Below, in pieces: positions 40,591 through 51,323 of a DNA stretch of 64,000 nt. The stretch is taken from NCBI GenBank assembly GCA_002633005.1, contig NMRA01000777.1, positions 1 to 64,000 of the forward strand, written 5' to 3'. Source of the stretch: Phoronis australis. Its lineage: Eukaryota > Animalia > Phoronida. The stretch's first letter is position 1. The number at the start of each line of letters is the position of its first letter. The notes beneath the pieces were generated by a model. That model had not been told where the DNA came from, searched no databases, and worked only from the letters and a program-made list of their open reading frames with translations. A program made the position numbers and the translations under genes.

Positions 40591-43500
40591 ATTTGAAACG
40601 TAATTACGTACAAGTGCACTTAACGATCCATAAGGCTCCGTGGAGATCGGTAAATTGTCAAAGGCTGAGTTTTAGAAAATGTGTGTTCCCGTAGACATTT
40701 AAAATGTCTATGGATGCTTTACGTAAACGATATAGCCAACCTGATGTACTACACGACATCTACATTATCATGCACTTTAATCACGTTCTTTTACGTAAAT
40801 GCGAGACCCCAAATGGTAACTCCACCTGGTGTTCGGTCATGTCGTAGCATGATCATTCCCTAGCTTTTGTTAGTCAGTCTTCGACAGTCTCGTCTTTCCC
40901 CTGTTGGGTGTAATCTACTTTATTTGTGGGGGTTGCAGGTACAAAATTCAGATGCCCTCTCATTTAGAAATTGGACTTGAAAGAAGGAGAAGTGAGCTTC
41001 CATGGAAAAGTTACCAGTGCAATCTCATTTCAGAAACACGACAAACCAGATCCTGTCGTATGACTGAATCTAGGCAGCATTTGTCTTAGTTACCGATTCT
41101 AAGCGTAGAAAAATGCGCGTGCACTGATAACCACGCAGATTCTTTGAGGTTTTTTGCAGTTGCGATAGAATAAATACCTGTACGTATAAAAATAGTATTC
41201 AAATATGGCACTGGAAGGATGTTAGCTGTTGGGTTATATATGAGCCTTCATGAAACATTGTTATTAATGCGGCGGTCGGTTCGAACCAGTTCATGCAGCA
41301 AGGAATCCACGTTACAGCACCATGGTTGAATTCTTTTTAGCAAAAAATGAAAGCCATGATGTGGTATCATTACCTGTAATTATAAGTGGTTATGACGCTA
41401 TAACGAATTCTTCTGCAGTGAAGTAGGCACTGGGCGGGTCATTGCCACGTGCAGTTGATTAATTTGCATATTAACATTTGTTTTCGTGTATGGTGAATCA
41501 TTTGTTTTCGTTTATATTTAAGGGGAAATAACATGATTCCTATAAGAACCCGACGGCTTCTGTTAAGTTAAATTATGTCGTGGATGGGAAATTTTAACGG
41601 TCAAGTTGCGGCCAGGATCTGTTTCACTCACTGATGTTATCCTCGCACGGGCTAGACATACGGGGGGATGGTGTTTACCCATATCTACTTCTCCGGTACT
41701 CAAACTACTTACTGAGAACTTGGCGTGTCTGCATTGTACGTAACGAAAAAATAGCTCAGTTGATGCTTCAAAAATGCTTAACCAGGTCTTTCGCAATAGA
41801 GTGTATACACAAGCATTGAGGATTGGTAACCGACCGCATGCTTTCGTGAATGGGTATTAATACTTGATCTCATCTTGTTTAGGACTGGCATTTCTAAATC
41901 AAGATAGAACGTGCTTTGGAATGTATGGTGCTATGAGCGAAATGATGGTTTCAAAGTTATGAATAAATGATTGATTACTTATTTGATGTATGTTAATAAC
42001 CTCAAGAATTCCATACCTCAAACTATTTTATGAATGGACACAAAAAGAATGATACCCTGTCATGCCAAACGGCATTTCTGTCGAAGCGAAAACAATGGTT
42101 TATTAAAAATCGGTTTACTGACGTGTCAGCGTAGTCAAACTATACACAGTGATCAGCAGGTGTCGCTTTTGGCGTTTCGTCACGGACTGTTGAGATACCG
42201 TGTACGTTTTCTTTTTTTACAAGAGGCATTGTGTGATTTTGAACATGTGGTAAATCCATTCTGTAAAAACTTAACGTCTTTGAAATAGAGGATGAGTTTC
42301 ATTTTTAACTCAGTGTTTATTGAATGACGATGTTGAGCAAATGATTATCCCGCAGTAAAAATGTGGACTCTGATTTCTTGATGTTCAAGAAGAGTGTGAT
42401 CGAGGCTTTTTCTAAAAGGGTAGCAGAGTTTTCAACACAAATATTGCTCAGTAGAAGTATTTTGTTATTTCCGTTATTTTATTTATTTGATAAGTACCAT
42501 TGAGATGTTGGGTACGTATGTACGATTATTTACTAATTGTTAAGGCAGTAACTTAGATGAACCTGCTTTAACCAATTTGACATGACAAAAAATCTTTCAT
42601 ATGCAAACTACATGTATATGAGTACAAATGAAAGGACTAAACTTTTCACGACATTTGGACGTGGATATGTGCATACACTGTCGGACGTTTTTCTGAAATT
42701 CTTTTAAGCATCACTGGTGACACCAATAACTGCTTCCATAGCAAAACGTTATCTCGCAAACCAATACCAACTGTTAGAAACACACAACGTTCAATCATGT
42801 CGAGGCCACAGGTGTATACTTGCTGACTTATCGTGAAAAGTTTTTCCGAATCATGTTTCCTAATGTATTAGGCTAAAAACTGATGTTGTAAAACTAAATT
42901 AGCAAGGTGTTCCTACCAACAGCGTCTAACGCAGCCAAAATGTTTTCAGCATGGTGAAATTAAACGGCTGAGGGACAGTTCACTAACAGAATAAGAAAAG
43001 TTTCGGTAACAGGACCTAAAATGTCTAGAACACATGTACTCAAACGTCTAAATATATGTGAAATGTGAAAAACAACAGGCGCACATAGTAAAACATTGTT
43101 CCGGATAGCATGGAACTTCCCTGTACGTATAACAAATAATGGACGAACTAACATTTTTTCAGCACACAACAGGTGTTATTTAATTGAGTGAAATACCATA
43201 ACGCTTCCACTACACATGTGTCGCCAGCTTAGGGTAATCAACTAATCGTCCAGAGATTTCATATGTTCCACGGAAGTTAGTGTAATTAAGGTACAGTTAC
43301 TTCCGGGATATTTCTGGCCGATATTGAAAGTTTGTCGTTTTTCACTCGAGGAAACGAATAAGAAAATTCATCAAGCATACTTCAAATCTGTGATGGATTT
43401 AGGGGGCCGGGAGGGGGGGGGCAGGCAAGGTGTCATGTGAATAAGGTAACCGATGTTTAGACCATACGCAAGCAATGGCCGATGTACAGGGGCAATTCGG

Positions 43501-44262
43501 GGTTTAATCTTACCTCGAGCGGGTGCAACCAAAAATCGCCCTGGTCACAACTGCGCCCGGCGCTGGTGCAGCAAAGCAGCTCGTCGCAAAATGATACATC
43601 CGCTCCTTTTTAGTGTTTTGACACGTTTTTAAACAATCTCTTAAGACATTTCGGTGAACACAATCAGCAATGCATGCCCACGTTTGTTTTTGTCTCGACG
43701 TGACTCCTTTGTACCGGCGTCTGTGACGCACGATTAATAGGAGTTTGCATGGTCAAAGAGACGTTTCTCCAATAGCACACGTCTTAATGGGGGTTATGAG
43801 TAGCGCTAAATGGAGAAACCAACTGTGGGTTCCCGGCCCGCTTTCTCCGGTCGTGGTTTTCTTGTCTGTTTTAAGATATTTTAATTACAGTGTCAGCTGC
43901 CCGCCACAGGTGACGAAATAACTAACAATATCGACTGTAATGAAGAAAGCTAAGAAATTGCGTTCTAGTTTTTAATTCAAGAAACTTCATCAGAGCAAGA
44001 AGCCAACAATAAATTTGCATCAGGGAGAAATTGTTGCACGGGTATGCAGCATTTAAAAACGTACGAGAGCACTTCAAGGTCACTTGTCCCGCTGCCTTCT
44101 ATCTGTGTTGTACTAGCCTGACCACGTTGGTTCTGTTATACTCAGTAACAACTGACTCTATAATGTCATTACAAAATAAATGTCCATATTTCTCACTTTC
44201 AGGGAACTTACAGTCTTGTGCAAGCATGCTGCCTTTTGTAATATAATTTTATTTATTTTCAG

Positions 44263-44988
44263 TTACTTCAGAAAGCGATGCTCATTGGAGCCGTATGGCT
44301 CAGCGTCTCCTCTGTCGTCACCAGCGCCCCAACGGTCAACGGCGAGTCCGGACACAGGAGACGTCAAAGAAAACGCCAATTAAGAAACATTTCCCTGAGT
44401 ACCGAAACACCCCATCGGTCGCGAAAACTGCATCTCGATTTTATCCCCCCAAATCTTATTTCTGACTTCGTGATGTTCTCAACAGAGAAACCACGTGATC
44501 CTCCACGTAGCGTAGTGATATCGGAGTCACTTACGCCAGACGAACTGAATGTGGGAAGTGGCGACACCTATGACCACCTCACAAATTCCACGACTAGCCG
44601 TAGTAAGAGGTCTTCACGAAGAGCTGGTGCAATTCGTTATTCCATCTGTGACAGTGTTAGCAGCTGGAACCAAAAGCATAAAGCTCGCACAATAATGCAC
44701 AATGAGGTTCGCGTGGCCCAGAAAATAAAAAACGGCAGAATTACCGTAAACCAGTACTTCTACGAGACATATTGTCGCTATGACAACAGACCTTGCACAG
44801 GAATTGACACGTCACGATTCTTCTCAGTGTGTGAAACGAAACATATCGACGTATTAGCCAGGGTAGTAAATAGTCTTGGTCAGGAACAGTGGGATTTTAT
44901 AAAAATACGCGGCTCATGCAATTGCGCCCTCTATTTGAGAACTGATCGTCAACCGAGCATAATAGACCACTTGGATAGGATAGGATAA
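44263..44988 (+). CDS. Neurotrophin (NGF/BDNF/NT family) prepro-protein coding exon
   Basis: Strong acceptor ttttatttattttcAG ending at 44262. Hydrophobic signal (LLQKA)MLIGAVWLSVSSVVTSAP and furin site RSKR (44599-44610). Mature domain has YSICDSVSSW, QYFYETYC, CTGID, SVC and WDFIKIRGSCNC, i.e. all six cystine-knot cysteines. In-exon ATG at 44278. Confidence 0.96.
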   Translation, partial: LLQKAMLIGAVWLSVSSVVTSAPTVNGESGHRRRQRKRQLRNISLSTETPHRSRKLHLDFIPPNLISDFVMFSTEKPRDPPRSVVISESLTPDELNVGSGDTYDHLTNSTTSRSKRSSRRAGAIRYSICDSVSSWNQKHKARTIMHNEVRVAQKIKNGRITVNQYFYETYCRYDNRPCTGIDTSRFFSVCETKHIDVLARVVNSLGQEQWDFIKIRGSCNCALYLRTDRQPSIIDHLDRIG

Positions 44989-45411
44989 ACGCAATAAGTA
45001 CGTGTGGCATTCGTGGTGGAAATTACGTGATTGCATGAACGGGACTCGACTTTGACCATTTTTTCTGTATAGGTTAAGTTCAAGTTTCCATTTCTGATGT
45101 TGACATGGTAATTAACTCTTGATAATTATCAACAGGCATGAATTGACACGTCATGGACTAAGTCTTGTTTCAAAATTTTAAGTCACATTCACGTAACTTC
45201 CCGTTGATGGTATCAGGTGTTTTTATTCGCGATACTCACGACTACTGCCCTTGAGATTATTCATATGTGCAACATTATAGTTTGTTTGGTCGTCAGTATT
45301 CCAAAGATAAACGCGAGTTTAGCTTTTATACAGCCAAGCTAAGATGACTATTAATTAATTAGAATGATGATATCGAAGTTTACTTTGTGAACTCGATGAG
45401 ATTTTGTTTAA

Positions 45412-45417
45412 ATAAAA
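45412..45417 (+). other. Candidate polyadenylation signal for the neurotrophin
   Basis: AATAAA about 420 bp after the stop, followed by T/GT-rich sequence. Confidence 0.35.
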
Positions 45418-47348
45418 TCAACACTGTTTTTCTGTGAAACAATGACATCATAACATTTCGACTAACAAACGACAATCGTAGTTTTTATGACTAGGTAATT
45501 GTAGTAGTCAAGTGAACTCATATTTCGCTAGCGGAGGATGTTGTGATCACGTGTTCTTGTAAAAGACATAGAAATGACTTGTACTTTCTATACGATACAA
45601 ATTGACGAGCAATTCCAGGCTATCCAATTGGTGTAATAACTGTTGTTGATTTAGTTGACGAAGCTTTCGCGGTTGAATAAACAATAATTTAAATACTAAA
45701 ACGTGATAACATTGGTGTATGTTGTGGAGCTCACGCGCCACTAGCGTAGCAAGAGGGGACACAGTGGGAACCTCTATTCATTGCAAAAAAGACCTCCTCC
45801 TTATCAAAATTCCTTTCAGTTCTGCGTTTGGGCCTCCTTAGTTGGAGAGTACACCCAGGTTGCCATTCATTTCACGCCCCCCTCCGACCGACACTTTCGC
45901 TTTTGGTCCCCTGTTTAATACTTCTGGCTGCGCCAGTGTTCACGTGATTTGATTTTTTGAATGTTCATTTGAGATTGTATAGATAAACTTGCAGCTTTTC
46001 TAAGCTGTGAGTTAAGAAATTGCTAAAAAAAATCTCTGTCAAGGTACCGGGAGAACAAGCGAACGGCAAATACTCAGTGAATGAGTGATCAACTCCGTCG
46101 CACCACCTCGCGGCGTTATTTGTAGATCACCATGGTTGGCCTCTAGAGGGCGCTCATTGTCAGTGTAAGGGAAATAGTTAATCGTTATTATTGTGACTGT
46201 ATCTATGTTATTATTCTGTTGATGTCTCTTTAACTTAATTTATTTCTTTTTACTGATATACTGTAAGAAACGAAAAGGGTTGCCATATGCTTTGGCTCAA
46301 CCTTAGATTTTCAAAAAAAAAAATATCCGTCGGTTTTTGCCGAAGTTAGGATTATTATCCATGCAGGTACGGTGTGCGGGACAGTGTATCTAGTCTAGTT
46401 AGATCACGATCTTGGAACAACACTGCTCTCATTTAAAAAAAACAAGTTGACCTAATGATGGACACGCAGTTCAATTTTAATCAGGGGTTGCTGCGTGATG
46501 AGAATCCCGATTTGTGTACTTGTATGCCTAGTCCTTTTAACAGAAAGACAAACGGTTGTGTTTTTAATAAACGAGTCAAAACGTTGTTATTTTGTTATGT
46601 ATTCTGGCAAATACTACACTTATTTTGATAAGATCATACACAACAACCCAGAGTTATTGCAATCAACAAACATTCATTACCTAGAGTCTTGTGTGAAATC
46701 ATTCGGAACACCTCGGTATTTGCATATCCTCAAATTTTCTCTTGGCGCATCCGGAACTCCTCGGGCATTTTCGTATTCTCAAATTATCCCGAGGTGTTTC
46801 ATACCTGAGCATGTGCAAATGTCAATCATAACATCAAATGGATTTGGTCAAGAGTCGGCTAATGATGACCAAGAAGGTTTCAATCAAAGTCGGTGATGAC
46901 GTTCAAGCAAGCAACTTCCTGATGGACCGTTTCTCTTACTTTGTTAAAAGCTTGTTATCACGGGGTTATCACCACGCATTCAATGGCATTCTCCATTTTG
47001 GGGGTTGAAATTCGCACATGTGCAGATATGCAACACCTCTGAGGAATAATTTGAGATTCACGAGGTGTTCTGGACATCTCTTGGACGGGAACTTTATCAG
47101 CGGATGAGTGAAGTTCAATCATTCGGCCAAACATTTTCTTCTAGGTATGTGTTCAGATAGTTTGATAGTCTCAAGTGTTGAAAGTGTCATCGTACTTTCG
47201 CCACAAGCATAATTCATCTTACATAGCAACGTCATCGCTTTCTGGCTTTGCTTAAATTGAAATTGTTTACAAGTTGCATAGAGAACCCCTGGCGGCCATC
47301 ATGGCGACTGAACCGCCAACAGAGCGTTAGAATGCGGGTTCTGCGCTG

Positions 47349-49608
47349 AAGCTGATCTCGCCGATGGTGTCCCTTTACGATGAACACTCTGCCAACGCTA
47401 CTCGTAAATTTCATAGGAAAATTTGATTCCCTCTTTATCCGGTTCATATTAAAACACGCCCATGCATCAGAAAATCTAAACTGTTTTAGACTGTGTTACT
47501 TTGCTTCAGTCTACTGGACAGAGTAGACTACTTGGTTTCTTGTGAAATTAATGTACCATGTGTACCTTACAGGTTAGCCACAGTTTTATGCCGTCAGCCA
47601 CTAGCACTGAGAACACGCATACTCAGTTGCAAGGCTACACTAGATAAAGCAAGTCATCGCTGTTAAACTGTCTCTGGTAAACTCTTAACCGAAACGCATT
47701 CAGTTCAAAACATTACAAAAGCTCAATTGATTCAGAGCTGCAACCGAATGAGCCTGCAACTCAAGTCACAGGTAACGCATACATTCACAATTTTAGGGTA
47801 GGCTAACCCCAGTAAATTCTAAAGTGTTTTCTTGAGTCTCCCCGGCGTTCGAGGATGTGCTGGTTGTTTTCCTGGAAATTGTGCGCGACCGATTTTATTA
47901 CAGTGAACAGGCTAGGTCTATTTTCAGTTTTCAGCCAGGTAAAGAGGGCGAAATGTGCACATCGCCTTTGTGCGGCACGAGTTCTCTTTGTAAAGTGTGG
48001 CGCTTTTGTATTTCCAACAAAGTTTCAAGGTGTGTGGTGCGTCGGTAGCGAGACAGCCTCGTCCCCAAGCCTCAATACAAGATGACACTGATTGGTTTAG
48101 TAATTTGAATGGCTAAACGATCAGCGCCATCTTGAGGCTAGGTAACGAGGCTGGTAGCGAGGATGCTCAGCTGCCTTGACAGGGGAGAAAAATCTCCTGG
48201 GCGAGTTGGTCTAGAGGAACTTGCTCGGCAGTGATTACCTCGGCGGTGAGATAATAAGGATGTCTGAAATCTTAAAAAGACTCATTTTACGTAAAAATGA
48301 TTCAAAAGCACATTTAAATGTATGAAAAAAATAATTTATTAATTGTTTAAAAAACGACAACACAAGACACAAACAACAATTTGAACTTAATTCGCGTTGC
48401 TGGATTTCTCCGGCAGGCTTGTTCTCAGTGCATAGTAAGCATCAACTATGAAACATTCAACTGAACCCAGAACCGTGACCTGAAGGCGTATTAGGCGGGG
48501 NAAGCTGATCTCAGAAAATCACTCGCCGATGGTGTCCCTTTACGATGAACACTCTGCCAACGCTACTCGTAAATTTCATAGGAAAATTTGATTCCCATGC
48601 ATCAGAAAATCTAAACTGTTTTAGACCGTGACTGTGTTACTTTGCCTCAGTCTACTGGACAGAGTAGACTACTTGGTTTCTTGTGAAATTAATGTACCAT
48701 GTGTACCTTACAGGTTAGCCACAGTTTTATGCCGTCAGTCACTAGCAGAACACACATACTCAGTTGCACGGCTACACTAGATAAATCAAGTCATCGCTGT
48801 TAAACTGTCTCTGGTAAACTCTTAACCGAAGCGCATTCAGTTCAAAACATTGCAAAAGCTCAATTGATTCAGAGCTGCAACCGAATGAGCCTGTAACTCA
48901 AGTCACAGGTAACGCATACATTCACAATTTTAGGGTAGGCTAACCCCAGTAAATTCTAAAGTTTTCTTGAGTGTCCCCGGCGTTCGAGGATGTGCTGGTT
49001 GTTTTCCTGGAAATTGAGCGCGACCGATTTTATTACAGTGAACAGCCTAGGTCTATTTTCAGTTTTCAGCCAGGTAAAGAGGGCGAAATGTGCACATCGC
49101 CTTTGTGCGGCACGAGTTCTCTTTGTAAAGTGTGGCGCTTTTGGATTTCCAACAAAGTTTCAAGGTGTGTGGTGCGTCAAGACAGCCTCGTCCCCAAGCC
49201 TCAATACAAGATGACACTGATTGGTTTAGTAATTTGAATGGCTAAACGATCAGCGCCATCTTGAGGCGAGGATGCTCAGCTGCCTTGACAGGGGAGAAAA
49301 ATCTCCTGGGCGAGTTGGTCTAGAGGAACTTGCTCGGCAGTGATTTCCCCGGCGGTAAGATAATAAGGATGTCTGAAATCTTAAAAAGACTCATTTTACG
49401 TAAAAATGATTCAAAAGCACATTTAAATGTATGAAAAAAAAAGTTATTAATTGTTTAAAAAACGACAACACAAGATACAAACAACAATTTGAACTTAATT
49501 CGCGTTGCTGGATTTCTCCGGCAGGCTTGTTCTCAGTGCATAGTAAGCATCAACTATGAAACATTCAACTGAACCCAGAACCGTGACCTGAAGGCGTATT
49601 AGGCGGGG
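47349..49608. repeat. ~1.1-kb tandem duplicate (47349-48500 / 48502-49608) delimited by single Ns; probable haplotype duplication
   Basis: Both copies run from AAGCTGATCTC to GCGTATTAGGCGGGG followed by n, and differ by SNPs and small indels. Confidence 0.88.
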
Positions 49609-50093
49609 NGAGGACAGTGGTCCCCCAAATTCGGCCAAAATTCAGGAAAACTCGGCCTAAACAAGAAAAATCGAACATCGGAGCACACAATGAAAACATA
49701 CGGGAAAAACGAACAAGAAAGAACAAAATGTGAAGACTAGATGGAGACTGGGAGAAAAGTGTTGGTGTTTGTGAGGATGTAAGTGGCGGCAATAGGGGCA
49801 ATTGGCCGGCAACGATTGGGGGGCAGGGAGGAGGCGACTGGGAGTACAAATGAAATTGACCGGTGACCGGGATAGGAATTCACTTGCTACAGAGCAAAGG
49901 ACTCATGTTCAATGCCCCCAACCCACGAACAGCCAAATCCAGATATAAGACTATATGCCAAAGCACTGCAGCCGGGAGATCTCTATTGGGTATTTTGTAA
50001 GAATAAGTTACGCTGCACATTTGCGAATTGCATGGGATGGGGTCGTTTAAGATAACAGGGAAACCTTTGTAGTTTCAATCAAATCCACACGAA

Positions 50094-51323
50094 TCACTTC
50101 GTTTCCTCTTCAACGGATGTGTCCGGATTGTATTTTTTTAGACCATACTGTTTCAAGAAATCTTGTAATCGATCGTTAACAGTTTCCTTTGCTTCACTAT
50201 GCGTACTTAATGCTAGGTCCAACTTGGCCTGAGATTTCTCCCTTTTAATCGCCCAATTAACACCCGCGGCATCCTCGTCCGACTTCTGTATCGAATGACC
50301 CTTTGTTGCCATATTGCGCCATCTTTTGGCAGCACCGGTCATCATTCGAGCTTTGTTGACCATTTGCACAATGGCAGCGGTTCTTGCGTTGGGTTTCGAC
50401 ACGGCAGAGTTTCTTCTCTTTTGAGATGTGGACGGAGGGTCATACGCTACAGTATTGTCAATGTTTGGTTTGACACTTGCAGTGTTTATTGTGGTTGTCT
50501 GAAGTGCACTAGTTACCGACTGTATACCTCCATCAATTTCATTTGTAGAGACTTCTGTTGCTTGTGGCACATTTGGCCTATTGCTTTTTGTTGGCCTTTT
50601 AGAATGGCCGAGATTTCCATTAAACGTTACTCGGGTCCTTTCCAGTGACGTTTTCGGTCTGTTTAAAACGTCATCGTCTTTGCCGTCGGGGAGATTTGGT
50701 GATTCACTGCTCAGTGGAATCGTCGACACAGGTCGTCGATGAAATAACTCCTTTTTTGAGGAAACACTTTCCATCACCGAGTCCGTTTCATCATTGAGAT
50801 CATTATCTTGAAAATCGCTTTGATTTTGGCTGTTCCTCGACAAAACTCGAGCAATCACACCATCGAATCCAATAGGTGTCGCTGTTGATGCTCGTTTTAC
50901 AGGACTCGTTTTCGGTCTCCGAGATTTGTTGGATGACGCAAAACTTTCAGTCTCACTTTCAACATCCGACGCGTCGTTCCTCCTCACACTTGGCTCGAAC
51001 GCTGATTTAACGCGCCTGAATTTCCCGAATCGTCTGCTCTTTTGTCTCTCCCCGTACATGAACGTCGGGTCACTATCATCGCGTGCCCGTAATACCTTTT
51101 CTTTTGGGGCCAAGCCAAGTGGACTGTGCCCGCTGTGTGCACTGATGTGCTCAAGCACAAGCTGTGTCCTGCGCTTTTCTTGGGCGCTCGTCCGCACAGC
51201 ATGCTGCCGCTCACGATCTATTGATTTAAGTTGACGATCTAGACGCGCTTTTTCAATGGTATTCAGTCTGTGAGCCTTCTGAACACGTGTAGAATTACAA
51301 CTTGGCGCTTCTCTGGTCGGCAT
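50094..51323 (-). CDS. Uncharacterised ~409-aa protein with an N-terminal coiled coil and long Ser/Thr/basic disordered region
   Basis: 1.3-kb uninterrupted ORF. Splice acceptor ttttatttggcAG at 51380, first in-frame ATG at 51323 (MPTREAPS...). Helical segments NTIEKARLDRQLKSIDRERQHAVRTSAQEKRR and AKETVNDRLQDFLK. Confidence 0.8.
   Translation of the reverse strand: MPTREAPSCNSTRVQKAHRLNTIEKARLDRQLKSIDRERQHAVRTSAQEKRRTQLVLEHISAHSGHSPLGLAPKEKVLRARDDSDPTFMYGERQKSRRFGKFRRVKSAFEPSVRRNDASDVESETESFASSNKSRRPKTSPVKRASTATPIGFDGVIARVLSRNSQNQSDFQDNDLNDETDSVMESVSSKKELFHRRPVSTIPLSSESPNLPDGKDDDVLNRPKTSLERTRVTFNGNLGHSKRPTKSNRPNVPQATEVSTNEIDGGIQSVTSALQTTTINTASVKPNIDNTVAYDPPSTSQKRRNSAVSKPNARTAAIVQMVNKARMMTGAAKRWRNMATKGHSIQKSDEDAAGVNWAIKREKSQAKLDLALSTHSEAKETVNDRLQDFLKQYGLKKYNPDTSVEEETK

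Noticed and set aside
50295-51234. Plus-strand ORFs overlapping the 434-aa ORF
   Set aside because: Antisense shadows of the real coding exon.
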